NCBI GenBank assembly: GCA_963717935.1
Contig: CAVQXP010000004.1
Span: forward strand, 160,001-224,000
Direction: 5' to 3'
Source of the DNA: Candidatus Eiseniibacteriota bacterium
Lineage (GTDB): Bacteria > Eisenbacteria > RBG-16-71-46
Length of the DNA stretch: 64,000 bases
How positions within the stretch are numbered: the stretch's first letter is position 1; each line of letters opens with the position of its first letter. The notes under the pieces were generated by a model. That model was not told where the DNA came from and searched no databases. It saw nothing but the letters and a program-made list of their open reading frames with translations. Position numbers and translations under genes: made by a program. Shown in pieces: positions 33,272 to 46,073 of this stretch.

Positions 33272-33955
33272 CTAGTCGTCCTCTTCCTCGTCCCCCACGG
33301 GCGCCTCGCGCCACTTCTTCAGCTGCTCGGGCGCGAGCAGAGCGCGCACCTCGAGCACGGTGGCGGTGCGGGACTTCTGCATCCCGGCCCGCAACTGCGC
33401 GAGCTTGTCGATCTGCGCGTCGATCTTCGTCCTGTCAGGCGTCTCGGCGCGCATCAGTTGCTGCAGGTCCATCGTGGCGATGCGCAGATCCGCCTGACGC
33501 TGGATCATCTGACGCTGCTGACGCTCATGGATGAGCGCCACCTTCTTCTGCTGGTCGGCGGTGAGGTCGAGGCCGCGCAGCATCATCGGTCCGTGGCCGG
33601 CGCCCATGCCGGGGCCGCACATCGGACCACCCTGCATGCCCCCGCCCATGCCGCCCCTCGTGCCGCGGCCGGCCATGCGCTTGCCCATCCCGCCCTTCAT
33701 GCAGCAGCCCTTCATGTCGCCGTGCATGCAGCAGCCGCCCTTGCCCATGCCGGCCTTCATGCCGCAACCCGGCAGGTCGGCGCCCATGCCCATGCCCGCG
33801 CCACCGCGCATGGTGCAACCTGGCATCGACTGCCCGGCCGTCTTGCTCGCCGGAGCGGTCTTGTCGGTCTTGTCGGCCGCCAGTGCCAGGAGCGCGGGCA
33901 CGGCCATCATGAGCACGGCTGCCACGGCCACGGCCTTCCAGTGATTCTTCCTCAT
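33272..33955 (-). CDS. Spy/CpxP/ZraP-like periplasmic protein with Met/Cys/Gly-rich linker
   Basis: Signal peptide; LDLTADQ and LLAPEQ (LTxxQ-type) motifs. Confidence 0.8.
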   Translation of the reverse strand: MRKNHWKAVAVAAVLMMAVPALLALAADKTDKTAPASKTAGQSMPGCTMRGGAGMGMGADLPGCGMKAGMGKGGCCMHGDMKGCCMKGGMGKRMAGRGTRGGMGGGMQGGPMCGPGMGAGHGPMMLRGLDLTADQQKKVALIHERQQRQMIQRQADLRIATMDLQQLMRAETPDRTKIDAQIDKLAQLRAGMQKSRTATVLEVRALLAPEQLKKWREAPVGDEEEDD

Positions 33956-34086
33956 GGACTTCCTCCCTCGGGGCAGGCACCCGTACTGCGGCGTACGTCC
34001 ACCGTACCGGTTGGTGTATCTGGTTCCTGTTTCAGCGCGCAAGTCGTGTCTCGACAACGAGGCTCGCCCTCGCGCCAGAGGGCGAG

Positions 34087-34101
34087 GCAAACCGCGGGCC
34101 A
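34087..34101 (-). promoter_or_regulatory. sigma54 (-24/-12) promoter for the Spy/ZraP-like gene
   Basis: Minus strand TGGCCCG-CGGT-TTGC, one mismatch from TGGCACG-N4-TTGC. Confidence 0.65.
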
Positions 34102-34284
34102 CATGATGGTCGCAGGCCCGGTCCCTGCTGTGCAAGCGCGAACGCGCGTGAACAAGCCGTTTCTGCGCGTCCCGACCGTGTCCGGGCGAGTCCCCTGACA
34201 CCACCCGGACATCCGCCTGACGAAGGCTTGCGTTTCGGCGCCGGTCACGGCATCTTGATGCGGTCCGCTGCGAGGCGGGTGCGT

Positions 34285-34370
34285 CGTTAGGGGTGGTCGG
34301 CAAGGACAAGCGCCGACCTGAGAGCAAACCCTCTGAACCTGATCTGGCCAAGACCAGCGTAGGGAAACGG
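34285..34370 (+). ncRNA. TPP riboswitch
   Basis: AGGGGTG...CTGAGA...ACCC..GAACCTGATCTGG...CCAGCGTAGGGA in canonical order, upstream of transporter genes. Confidence 0.92.
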
Positions 34371-34501
34371 CGAAGACAATCGAGCTCTCCGCTTGCCTTC
34401 ATGCCGTCCCTTCGCGGGCGGCATCTCTGTTCCGGGCTGCGCGGCCCCGACGTCTCGCGATCTCGCGCGCCCCGAAGAGCGCCCCCGCCGCGGGATCGCC
34501 C

Positions 34502-35910
34502 ATGTTCAGCACGAGCCCCCTCGACTGGGGGTTGATCCTCCTCTACTTCGGATTCCTCGCCGCGGTCTGGGCGGGCGCCTTCGGGCACCGTCCGGGAGCG
34601 CTCGAGTACCTCGTGGCCGGACGGCGCGTCACGCTGCCCGCGCTGGTCGCCACGCTGGTCGCCACGCTGGTACGGCGGCATCCTGGGCGTGGGCGAGTAC
34701 TCGTGGCGCCACGGGCTCGCCAACTGGCTCGTCTTCGGCGTGCCCTACTACATCGGCGCGCTGCTCTTCGCCGTCTTCTTCGCGAAGCGCGCACGGGATG
34801 CCAGGCTCTACACGCTGCCCGACCTGCTCGACCGCGCCTACGGCCGCGGACCCGCGCTCGTGGGGGCGCTCGCGGTGTTCATCGTGGCGCAGCCCGCCGC
34901 CTACGTGCTCATGCTCGGCACGCTCTTCGCCGCCATGTTCGGCCTGCCGCTGGCGCCCTGCATCGTGGGCGCGGCACTGCTGTCGGTCTTCTACATCGAC
35001 AAGGGCGGGTTGCGGGCCGTGGTCTTCACCGACCAGGTGCAGTTCGTCCTCATGTACTCGGGCTTCGCGCTCCTCCTCGCTTCCTCGTGGCGCAGCACGG
35101 CACGCTGTCGTTCCTGCGCGCGCACGCTGCCACCCGCCCATTTCACCTGGCACGGAGGCAATCCGCCCCAGGCCATCTTCGTCTGGTACTTCATCGCGCT
35201 CTCGGCGCTCGTGGACCCGGGCTTCTGGCAGCGCGCCTACGCGGCCCGCGACCCGAAGGTCGCGCGCAACGCCGTGCTGTGGTCGGTCGCGTGCTGGGCG
35301 GTGTTCGACTTCATGACCACGATGGCCGGCCTCTACGCACGGGCCCTGCTGCCCCGGCTCAAGGACCCGGTGTTCGCCTTCCCCGAGTTGGCGCGCATCA
35401 CGCTGCCGCCGTTCGCGCTCGGCCTCTTCTACCTCTCCATGATCGCCACGGTGATGAGCACGATCGATTCCTACGGGTTCATCGCCGCGGCCACGGTGGG
35501 CCGCGACGTCGTCTGGCGCATCGTGCGCGGCGACGAGGACCGCGTGCCGCGGCTGGACACGCTACGGCCTGTGGCTCGCCGCCGGCTTCGCCGCCGCGCT
35601 CGCGCTCGCCAACCAGAGCGTGATCGCGCTCTGGCACGACCTGGGCTCGATCGTCACGCCCACGCTGCTGCTGCCGGTGGGCACCGCCCTGCTCCAGCGC
35701 GGCCGGCTCGGTGCGCGCTGGACCCTGGTCGCCATGCTCACGCCCTTCTGTCCTCTCGCTCTCCTGGATCCTGCTCAAGGCCTTCCCCCCGGCGGGCATG
35801 GCCGCCGGGGCTATCCGTGGTCCATCGAACCCATCTATGTCGGGCTCGCCGCGTCGCTGCTCGTCTACTCCGCGGGCTGGCTCCGGCCGAAGACGGAGGT
35901 CGCACGATGA
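34502..35910 (+). CDS. Sodium:solute symporter, probable thiamine/precursor transporter (several frameshifts)
   Basis: YLVAGR, TLPDLL..YG, GGLRAVVFTD, WQRAYAA, MSTIDS motifs; directly behind TPP riboswitch. Confidence 0.85.
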
Positions 35911-38271
35911 GGACATCATCGCTCGCGCTCGCGTTCGCGCTCGCGCTCGACGCTCGTCGCTCCGGGTGCCGCGGCCCCGGTGCAGCAGACCGCGATCCGC
36001 GCGTCCCGCGCGCGGCCGTGCCGGCCGAGGACGCGCCCCGGGACACGCTGCGGCGGATCGTGCCGCTGCCCGAGGTGGTGGTGAGCACGACCCGGCTCGA
36101 CGACCGCGCGCCGCTCGCGCGCGCGATGCTCGGACGCGACGAGATCGCGCGGCGCAACACGGGGCAGGACACGCCCATGCTGCTCGCCACGCTGCCCGGA
36201 GCCTACGCCTACTCCGACGCCGGCAACGGCATCGGCTACTCGTACCTCTCGGTGCGCGGCTTTCCGCAGCGCCGCGATCAGCGTGCTCGTCAACGGCGTG
36301 CCGCTCAACGACCCCGAGTCCCACGAGGTCTACTGGATCGACCACCCCGACCTGATGGCCTCGACCAGCGAGGTGCAGTTGCAGCGCGGCGTCGGCTCGG
36401 CCCTCTACGGCGGCGCGTCGCTCGGCGGCACGGTCGCGGTCGAGACCGCGCCCTTCGGCGAGACGCCGCGCGCCTCGGCCACCGTCGCCTACGGCTCGTG
36501 GGAGACGAAGCGGACCATGCTCGAGACCGACTCCGGGCGGCTGCCGGGCGGCTGGAACTTCTACGGGCGCTACTCCCGCATCGAGACCCAGGGCTACCGC
36601 GAGCGGTCCTGGTCGAAGCTCTGGTCCTACGCGCTCGCCGCGCGGCGCACGCTCGGCAGCCAGTCGTTCCGCCTGAACCTCTACGGCGGCCCCGAGGAGA
36701 CGCACCTCGCCTACCTCGGCGTGCCGCGCGCCTATCTCGAGGGCCAGGTCAGCGGCGACGCCGGCCGCGACCGGCGCTTCAATCCCATCACCTACGCCGG
36801 CGAGTGCGACCACTTCTTCGAGCCGCACTACGAGTTCATCCACACGTGGGCGCCACGCGCGGGACTCACCGTCTCGCAGACCTTGTTCTGGTTCGACGGC
36901 AAGGGCTACTACGACGAGCAGCGCGTCGGCCGCAGCCTGGAGCAGTACCGGCTCGGTCCGTGGTGGACCGCGGACTCCACGCTCGTCCCCCGCGGCTACT
37001 ACGCGCAGGACGAAGAGGGCGAACCTGGTGCGGGACGCGCAGGGCCGGGTCGCAGGTCGTGCGCTTCGACCTGGTGCGCCGCCGCACCGTCGCCAACCGT
37101 CACTTCGGCTGGATCCCGCGGGTGCGCGTCGAGCACGCGGGCGGCGTGCTCACGGTGGGCGGCGAGGTCCGCGCCCACGACGGCAGGCACTGGGGCGAGA
37201 TCGTGACGGGCGACGGACTGCCGCCGGGCACCGCGCCGGACCACAGGTACTACGACTATCACCCGCGCACGCTCTCGGGATCGCTGTTCGTGCGCGAGGA
37301 GTGGCAGCCCGATCCGCGACTGCTCCTGACCGCCGACCTGGCGTGGCGGCACCAGGCCTACCGGATGCGGGATGATCGTCTTCGACGGCGTCCGCTTCGA
37401 CCAGGACTACGACTTCGCGCTGCCGCGCCTGGGCGTGACCTTCACGCCCGGCAGCTCGACGACGCTCTTCGCCTCGTTCGCCATCTCCGGCCGCGAGCCC
37501 GCCTTCCGGGACCTCTACGATGCCGAAGGCGCGGGCAGCGTGCCCCTCTACCGCATCCGCGACACGGCCACCAACCACTACGAGGACCCGCTCATCAGGC
37601 CGGAGAGCGTGCGCGACTGGGAGGCGGGGTTCGCCTGGCGCGGAGCGCGCGCCACCGCGACCGTGAACCTCTTCCGCATGGATCTCCGCGACGAACTGGT
37701 CTATGCGGGCCAGTTCAACACCGACCTGGGCTACCCCATCCTCGGGAACGCCGCGCGCTCGGTGCACCAGGGCGTGGAGCTGGCGGCGCGCGCCCGGCAG
37801 GTCCTGCCCCGCGGGCTGCGGCTCGACGTGGATGCGAACGCCACGCTCAGCGACAACCACTTCGTCGAGTACCGCGAGGCCTGGGGTCCGGACCCCGGCG
37901 ACGTCGTCTCGTACGATGGCAAGACGCTCGGGCTCTTCCCCGCGGTGCTCGGCAACCTCGCGGCGCGCGTGGGGTGGCGCGACGTCACGGCCGGTCTCGA
38001 GGCGACCCATGCCGGCCGCATGTACCTCGACAACCGCCAGGACGTGCTCGCCAGCATCGGTCCGCACACGGTGCTGAACGCCACCGCCCGCTGGGGCCTC
38101 GCGGTCGGCGAGGCGTCACGTGCCGAGCTTTCGCTCCGGGTCTCGAACCTGCTCGACGAGCGCTACGCCGCCGGTGGCTACATGGACTACGACGCGGAGG
38201 GGAGCCTCGTGCCGATGTTCGTGCCCGCGGCGACCCGCGGCTGGCTCACGCAGGTGAGCGTGGGGTTCTGA
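35907..38271 (+). CDS. TonB-dependent receptor, probable thiamine uptake (several frameshifts)
   Basis: EVVVS TonB box, SDAGNGIGYS..RGF, NGVPLNDPES, QRGVGS plug motifs; C-terminal Phe. Confidence 0.88.
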
Positions 38272-38292
38272 CGCCGGGACCCGGCGGCCCGC

Positions 38293-38814
38293 TCACGCTC
38301 GCGGGGTCGCGAGGATCTGAGTGATCCGGGCCAGATGGTGGTCGTCGTGCTCGGCGGCGAAGACCATCATGTCCAGCACGTTGACGGTGCGCTTCAGCCG
38401 CGGATGCGAGGCCGTCCGCCCGACGTCGGATGGACCGAGATCTTCCAGCCGGCTCACATGGCGGAGTCGAGCCACCCGGAACGCGGCCAGGAGATCTTCG
38501 ACGGGCCGCTCGTTGAACCGCGCAACCTCCACCCGGCTGGCATCGTGGGCCGCCGGGCGCAGCGCCTTCGCTCCCGCGAGGAAGTCGTCCAGTCGTCCGT
38601 CCCACAGATCCTCCACGAGGAGAAGGTGGCCGACGTTCTCCTGGATGGACCAGGAGTCGCCGTGGCGCACGGCAAGCCAGGCGGGCGGGGAGCCTTCCAG
38701 ACGGTCCTCGAGGCGGGCCGGAGTGCCCCGCAGCCGCTCGAGGACATCAGGGAACAGGGAAACCGGCAGGCCGAAGGCGAAGTCCCGTTCCAGCCAGCGT
38801 GCCCGTTCGATCAT
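38293..38814 (-). CDS. DinB-family protein
   Basis: WSIQENVGHL and AEHDDHHL motifs. Confidence 0.85.
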   Translation of the reverse strand: MIERARWLERDFAFGLPVSLFPDVLERLRGTPARLEDRLEGSPPAWLAVRHGDSWSIQENVGHLLLVEDLWDGRLDDFLAGAKALRPAAHDASRVEVARFNERPVEDLLAAFRVARLRHVSRLEDLGPSDVGRTASHPRLKRTVNVLDMMVFAAEHDDHHLARITQILATPRA

Positions 38815-38913
38815 GGACGCCTCCTCTCCCGGGACCGGGCCCGAGGCCACCGGTCGAGCAGACGGCCGGTGCGGTAGACCTTCCGACGAGTGCAGGGAAC
38901 CCCCGCCTGCCGG

Positions 38914-39351
38914 TCAACTCCCGGTGCGCGGCCCGGACGGGCCTTCGTCGGCCGGCTCACCCTGGCCTTCGACGCCGAGCCAGTCCAGCGCAGCCTGCAT
39001 CGAACGGAACACCGACACGGACTTGGAGCCGCGCTGGTTCAGCTCGCGGTAGGTCTCGAACATGCGCGCGAACCCGTAAGCGAGATCCCGCGGGGCGACG
39101 ATGGCCAGCCTCGACGACGCTCCCGACACATCCATGGCCGAGGCCAGTTCGGCCAGCGCCCTCACCCGGTCGTCCGACGACAGGACGAAATCCTCGACCT
39201 CGCCCAGGTCGACGACCTCGTCATAGCCGGCAAGGTCATCGCGGGACCAGACCTCGCGCTGATAGGCGAAGACGTCCTCGTCCGACAGGATCCTGGCCGC
39301 CGTGGCGAAGACGACCCGTCGTTCCAGGTCGATTCGGTATTCGAGGGGCAT
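38914..39351 (-). CDS. Hypothetical STAS/SpoIIAA-like protein
   Basis: MPLEYRID.., RLAIVAP..YGFARMF, VFRSMQAALDWL pattern; GAGG RBS. Confidence 0.65.
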   Translation of the reverse strand: MPLEYRIDLERRVVFATAARILSDEDVFAYQREVWSRDDLAGYDEVVDLGEVEDFVLSSDDRVRALAELASAMDVSGASSRLAIVAPRDLAYGFARMFETYRELNQRGSKSVSVFRSMQAALDWLGVEGQGEPADEGPSGPRTGS

Positions 39352-39541
39352 CGATACCTCCGACCTTCCTGGCCGCGACCGGATCGCGGCCCGTATCGTG
39401 CCGCAATCCGGAGTCTAGCACCCACCGCGGGCCCGGCGAACGCAGTGCGGGGGCGGCGCGGCGGAGAGCAGGAGATCCGGAGGAGACGGGCGGCAAGGAG
39501 GCAGGTGGTTGCCTTTCCAGGGCAAGTCCAATATTATCCCT

Positions 39542-39573
39542 CGGTCATTTATGGGTACGGTCATTCTTGACCG
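39542..39573. promoter_or_regulatory. Candidate TetR operator
   Basis: Palindrome CGGTCA-TTCT-TGACCG (39558-39573) plus an upstream CGGTCA half-site, just after a TATTAT -10. Confidence 0.6.
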
Positions 39574-39587
39574 GAGGCCATTCAACC

Positions 39588-40187
39588 ATGAGCATCGAAC
39601 CATCCCGACGAGAGCGCAAGAAGGACGAGACCCGCCACCGGATCTTCCACGCGGCGATCGATCTCTTCCGCGAGAAGGGCTTCGAGCAGACCACGGTGGA
39701 CGACATCACCGAGAAGGCCGACGTCGCGAAGGGCACCTTCTTCAATTATTTCCACCGCAAGGAGGCCGTGCTCGCCTACCTCACGGAGAGCCGGCTGCTC
39801 GCGATCGAGGAGAGCGCGGAGGCCCTGCTCGCCGAAGATCGGCCTGCGCCGGAGAAGTTGTTCGACCTGCTGGCCTCCATAGCATCCCCCTACGCGGAGG
39901 ACCACGACCTCTCCCGCTACGTCCTGACGGAGCTCATGTCGCGTATGTACCTGCCGTCGGAGGAGGAGATGATGCGCTGGCACGAGTTGTTCGTGAACAT
40001 CATCCTCCGGGGCCAGGAACGTGGTGAGATCCGCCCCGAGATCGCCGCCGAGCGCATCGAACGCGTCGTCGGCTGCGTCTTCCATGGCACGGTCTTCCAG
40101 TGGGTCCATTGCCACCCGAACGTCTTCCCGCTCCTTCCTGAGCTGCGCGAACGTCTCACGCTGGTGATGGAGGGCTTCGCCTCATGA
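39588..40187 (+). CDS. TetR/AcrR-family regulator
   Basis: RRERKK..TTVDDITEKADVAKGTFFNYF HTH. Confidence 0.93.
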   Translation: MSIEPSRRERKKDETRHRIFHAAIDLFREKGFEQTTVDDITEKADVAKGTFFNYFHRKEAVLAYLTESRLLAIEESAEALLAEDRPAPEKLFDLLASIASPYAEDHDLSRYVLTELMSRMYLPSEEEMMRWHELFVNIILRGQERGEIRPEIAAERIERVVGCVFHGTVFQWVHCHPNVFPLLPELRERLTLVMEGFAS

Positions 40188-41612
40188 ATCGTCTCTCCCT
40201 GTGCGTCACGATCCTCCTCGCCGCCGCCCTGGTGCTGCCGGCCACGGCTCTCGCCCGCCGGGAACCTCCGCCCGCACCGGCCCCCGCCGACACGCTGCGA
40301 CTCACGCTCGACGACGCCATCCAGCGCTCGCTCGCCCGCAGCGAGGACGTGCGCACGGCCCGCGCGAACGTCAGGCAGACCCAGGGCCAGGTCTTCCAGG
40401 CCATGTCCCAGGCGCTGCCGCAGATCTCGGGCACGATCCTCTACGACCGGAAGCTCCAGAGCCTCTTCTCGGGCATGGCCGCCGACACCGGCGGTCTTCG
40501 GCGCGATCCTCAAGAACAGCTCCTTCGCCGCCAGTGCACAGCTGGACCGTCGCCCTCACGGCGCAACAACTCCTGTGGTCGAGCGGCAAGGTCGGCGCTG
40601 CCCTGAACACGGCACGGGCCGCCAACCAGGCCGCGCAGGCCAACGAGCGCGAGACCGCCTCCGAGCTGAAGCTACCAGGTGCGGCGGGCCTACTACGACG
40701 CGGTCTACTCGCAGCGGCTGGTCGAGATCGCCGAGATCGCGCTCGAGCAGGCCCGGGGCCACCTCGCCCACGTGCGCGCAGGGCGCCGCGAGGGCAGCCG
40801 CTCCGAGTACGAGCAACTGCGCGCCGAAGTGGACGCCGCCAACCAGGAGCCCGACGTGGTCGCGGCCAGGAACGGCGCGAGCCTCGCCCTGCTGAACCTG
40901 AAGCGACTGGTCGACGTACCGCTGGGGCAGCCGCTGTCCCTGCTCACACCCCTCGTGGCCGCAGACGGCACGGTGCCGGTGGTCACGGACCTCTCGACCG
41001 CGGTGGACCAGCGGCCGGCGGTGGCCGCGGCGAACCACATGGTCGAGGCGCGCCGGCTGGCCGTGAAGCTGTACCGCGGCCAGTACTGGCCCGACCTGTA
41101 CGTCTCGACCGACCTGTCGCACGTGGCGTATCCATCGGACCCGTGGCCGCTCCGGCGCGAATTCCGGCGCAACTGGGACGCCTACGTGCCGCATCGACGT
41201 GCCCATCTTCAACGGATTGCGGACTCACGGCCAGGTGGTCGAGGCCCGTGCCGAGTACGAGAGGGCGACAGCCACCCGAGACCTCGCGCAGAAGGGCGCG
41301 GCCATCGAGGCGGTGCAGGCCCGCGACGAGATCGAGCGCTCGCAGACCACGCTGCTCGCCCGGCGCGAGACCGTGCGCCAGGCGCTGCGCGCCTGGGAGC
41401 TGGCCGGCGTGCGCTTCAAGAACGGCATGTCCACGCAGATCGAGGTCTCGGACGCGCGTCTGCAGCTCCAGTCGTCCGAGGTCAACGAGATCCAGGCCAT
41501 GCGCGATTATCTGGTCGCCATCGCCCAGCTCGAGCGCGCGGTGGGCCACCCGCTGCCCGTCGAGCGTCAGCCCATCGAACAACTCGTCCCCAACCCTGAA
41601 GGAACGCACTGA
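40184..41612 (+). CDS. TolC-family outer membrane efflux protein (several frameshifts)
   Basis: Signal peptide, LTLDDAI, ALPQIS, PIFNG, LERAVG. Confidence 0.85.
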
Positions 41613-42752
41613 TGCATACGCGCCCGATGAAGCGACTTCTGGCGGTCGCCCTGCTGGCGGCCATGGTGGCCGGCGGAGGCGGTTGCGCCGCGAAGAAGAA
41701 CTCGGCCCCCGCGGGGCCCGAGACCGCCCTGCTCACGACGCGCGACCTCGCCGTGGTGGCCCGCAGGGACGTCGCGACCGGCGTGCCCGTGCAGGGCACG
41801 TTGAAGCCCCTGACGGACGTGAACCTGCTCGCACCCTTCCCGGACGTGATCGAGGAAGTGGTGGTCAGGGAGGGCCAGGCGGTGCAGCGCGGCCAGGTGC
41901 TGGCGCGCATGCGGATGACCTCGGTCGCGCCCGCCGCGGCCAGCGCCGAAGCCCAGCGCCGCATCGCCGAGGCCGATCTGCGGCGCATGGAGAACCTCCT
42001 GAAGGAGGGCGCGGTCGCCGAGCGGGACGTCGAGGTCGCCGACGGCGCAGCTCAAGGCCGCCGAGGCCGCCGCGGCCATGGCCCGCAAGCGCCTCGACGA
42101 GGCGACCGTGCGGGCTCCGTTCGCGGGCGTGGTCGCCCAGCGCTTCCTGCAGAGCGGCGACCGCGTCGGTGACGGCGACCGCCTGTTCCGCGTCGTCAAC
42201 ACCGACGAGCTCGAGTTCACGGCCAGCGTGACCACCGAGGCGCTGGGCCAGCTCAAGGCCGGGCGCCCCGGTGGCGCTGACGGTGAGCGGGCTCGACGGC
42301 CGCCAGGTCTCCGGCCGCGTGTCCCGCGTCAACTCCACGGTGGATCCGGCGACCCGGCAGGTGAAGGTCTACGTGCTCGTGCCCAACCGTGACCACCGGC
42401 TGGCCGGGGACATGTTCGCGAGCGGACGCGTCGTGCTCGAGCAGGCGCGGGCCGCGCTCGCCGTGCCGGGTTCCGGCGTGACGACCGGAACGGACGGCAC
42501 GGCCCGCGTCTGGATCGTGGACGGCCACACGCTCCGCCGGCGCACCGTCACCATCGGCCTGCGCGACGAGCAGGCGCGACCTCGTCGAGGTGCGCAGCGG
42601 GCTGCGCGAGGGCGACAGGGTGCGTCATCAGCTCCGGCGAGGGCCTGGTGGACGGCCAGCCCGTGCAGCTCTCGCGCGGCCTCACGCCGGACGCGCCCGC
42701 GGCGACCACGCCCCCGGCCCCCGCGCCAGCCGCGGACGCCGGGAAGAGGTAG
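41612..42752 (+). CDS. RND periplasmic adaptor, lipoprotein (several frameshifts)
   Basis: Lipobox GGGC; VREGQAVQRGQVL, VRAPFAGVV, VDPATR. Confidence 0.85.
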
Positions 42753-42755
42753 CCC

Positions 42756-45700
42756 ATGTTCCTGAGCGATCTCTCCATCAAGAAACCGGTCCTCGCGACC
42801 ATGCTGATCCTGGCGCTGGTCGTGCTCGGGCTGTTCTCGCTCCGCCGTCTCGCCATCGACCAGTGGCCGAACGTGGACTTCCCGTTCGTCTCCATCCAGA
42901 CCTACTACCGGGGCGCGTCCCCCGAGGTGGTCGAGCGCGAGGTCACGAAGAAGATCGAGGAGGCGGTCAACTCGACCGAGGGCGTCAAGACCGTGCAGTC
43001 GGTGTCCACCGAGGGATACTCGATGATCTTCATCGAGTTCCGGCTCGGCATCAAGGTCATGAACGCACTGGCCGACGTGCGGGCCAAGGTGGACGCCATC
43101 CGCGCGGACCTGCCCACCGACATCGACGCGCCGATCGTCCAGCGCTTCGACATCCAGAGCCTGCCCATCATGAGCTTCTCGGTCCGCGGCGAGGGCTGGG
43201 CGATGCGCGATCTCACGCGCCTCGCCGAAGAGACCATCAGCCGGCGCATCGAGAACATCCCCGGCGTCGGCAGCGTGACCGTGGTCGGCGGCCTGCGCCG
43301 GGAGATCCACCTCCTGCTGCTGCCCGACCGCATGAACGCCCTGGGCGTCTCGCCCGACATGGTGATGGCGGCCGTGCAACGCGAGAACGCCGACGTGCCC
43401 GCCGGCCGCGTGGAGAAGGGCGCGCGCGAGGACCTCGTGCGCATCAAGGGCCGCATCAAGGATCCCAAGGACTTCGCCAACGTGGTCGTGACCACGCGTG
43501 GCGGCGCCCCCATCCGCCTCAGCGACGTCGCCCGCGTCGAGGACGCGCAGGAGGAGGAGCGCGACGTCGCATACGTGGACGGCGAGCGCACCGTCGCCGT
43601 CGAGGTGCGCAAGATCTCGGGCGGCAACACCGTCCAGGTCGCGGACGAGGTGCACAAGGCCATCGTCGAGTTGAACCGCACGCTGCCGACCGGCGTGAAG
43701 ACCAAGATGATCTCCGACAACTCGACCTGGATCCGCAACTCGGTCGAGGACGTCGAGAAGACGCTGCTCGAGGGCGGACTGCTCACCGTGCTCATCGTCT
43801 TCATGTTCCTGAACTCGTGGCGCTCGACGGTCATCACCGGGCTCACGCTGCCGGTGTCGGTGATCTCGGCCTTCCTCGCCGTCTACGCGTTCGGCTTCAC
43901 GCTGAACATGATGACCCTGATGGCGCTGTCCCTGGCCATCGGCATCCTGATCGACGACGCGATCGTCGTGCGTGAGAACATCGTCCGACATCTCGAGCGA
44001 GGCGAGGACCACTTCACCGCCGCGCGCAAGGGCACCGACGAGATCGGCTTCGCCGTGCTCTCCACCTCGCTCTCGATCCTCGCGGTCTTCATCCCGGTGG
44101 CGTTCATGGGCGGCATCGTCGGCCGCATGTTCTTCCAGTTCGGCATCACCGTCGCCTTCGCCGTGGCGGTGTCGCTGTTCGCGTCGTTCACGCTGGACCC
44201 GATGCTGTCGTCGCGCTGGTACGACCCGGACGCCGAGGGCCGCAAGCACGGGGGCCCGATCGGGCACGTGCTCGAGAAGTTCAACAACGCCTTCGCCGGC
44301 GTTGGCGTGCGCTATCGGAGCCTGATCGGGTGGGCGCTGGCCCACCGCGGGCTGACCGTGGGCATCGCCGCCGCGTCCTTCGTCCTCGCGCTGGTCCTGC
44401 CGATGGTCGGGATCGTCGGCGGGGAGTTCATGCCCGACTCCGACGACGAGGAGGCCACGAGCGTGGACTTCGAGACCCCGGTGGGCTCGTCGCTGTCCTA
44501 CACCGAGGGCAAGGCGCAGGAGATCGTGCGCCACCTCAGGACCCTGCCCGAGGTCACCTACTGCTACACCACGATCGGCGGCAGCGCGCACAACAACTCG
44601 GTCAAGTCGGGGAGCATCTACGTGAAGCTCACCCCCAAGCACGAACGCCGGCGCTCGCAGATGCGGATCGAGCGCGACCTGCGCGCCAAGCTGCCGCATG
44701 TTCAGCGGCGTGAACGCCCGCATCCTCGTCCCGGGCTTCAGCGGCCACAGCGAGGCGCCGATCCAACTGCTGGTGCAGGGTCCCAACCTGGACGAACTGC
44801 GGCGCATCTCGGAGCAGGTCATGGCGACGATCAAGGACGTGCCCGGCCTGGTCGAGCTCAAGTCCACGCTCGAGCGGCAGAAGCCCGAGTGGGTGGTGGA
44901 CGTGGACCGCAAGCTCGCGGCGGACGTCGGCCTCTCGGTCGCGGCGATCGGCAATTCGCTGCGCCCGATCCTCGCCGGGCAGACCGTCGGGGACTGGGAG
45001 GACGAGAGCGGCGTGGCCAACGACGTCGTCGTGCGGCTCGCGCCGGAGTTCCGGACGTCGCGAGACCGACCTGACGAACATCCCCATCGCCACCGGCCAG
45101 GTGGACGGCCGCACCGGCCAGCCCGTGATGATCCCGCTCGGCCAGGTCGCGGGCCTTCGTTACGGCGGCGCCCCGAACCAGATCGACCGCCGCAACCTCG
45201 AGCGCGTCGCCACGATCGAGGGCAGCTACCAGGGTCGCGCGCTGACCGCCGTCGTGAGCGATGTGAACAAGCGCGTCAAGACGCTGAACCTGCCCCCGGG
45301 CTATCGCTTCAGCTTCGGCGGCGACCAGGAGATGTTCGCCGAGACCGTCGGCTACATGGTCGAGTCGCTCCTGCTGGCCATCGTGTTCATCTACCTGATC
45401 CTGGCCTCGCAGTTCGGCAGCTTCACCCAGCCGCTGGCCATCATGTTCTCGCTGCCGCTGGCGCTGTTCGGCGTCTCGCTGGGCCTCGCGCTGGGCCGCA
45501 GCTCGTTCAACATGATGAGCATGGTGGGCATCATCATGCTGATGGGCCTGGTGGTGAAGAACGCCATCCTGCTGGTGGACTTCGCCAACAAGGCCCGGGA
45601 CCGCGGCAGCGACCGCAAGCAGGCGCTGGTGGACGCGGGGCAGTTGCGGCTGCGGCCCATCGTCATGACCACGCTGGCCATGATCTTCGGCATGCTCCCG

Positions 45701-45964
45701 ACCGCGCTCGCGCTCGGGGCCGGCTCGGAGTTCCGCGCGCCGATGGCGTACGCCGTGATCGGCGGGCTCATCACCTCGACCCTGCTGACGCTCGTCGTCG
45801 TCCCGGTGGTCTACACCTACCTGGACGACTTCAGCGACTGGTTCGGGTCGTTCGCCATGCGCTTCACGAAATCGCCCGCGGAGTACGCGGAATATGTCGC
45901 GCGGCGCGGCAGACCCGCGGCCGGGAGGCCGGAGGAAGCGCCCGAGTCGACGACCGGGGCATAG
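42756..45964 (+). CDS. RND efflux permease, AcrB family (frameshifts near 44700 and 45065)
   Basis: [37 protein letters not shown]. Confidence 0.92.
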
Positions 45965-46073
45965 ACCGGGACCGCGTCCACGCGGTGGAGCCGGGCGGGC
46001 CATCCTCCGCCCGGCTCCCTTCGTCCGGGACCGCGGCGGTCCTCCCCGGTCCCGCCCGGAGCGCGCGGGCGGG

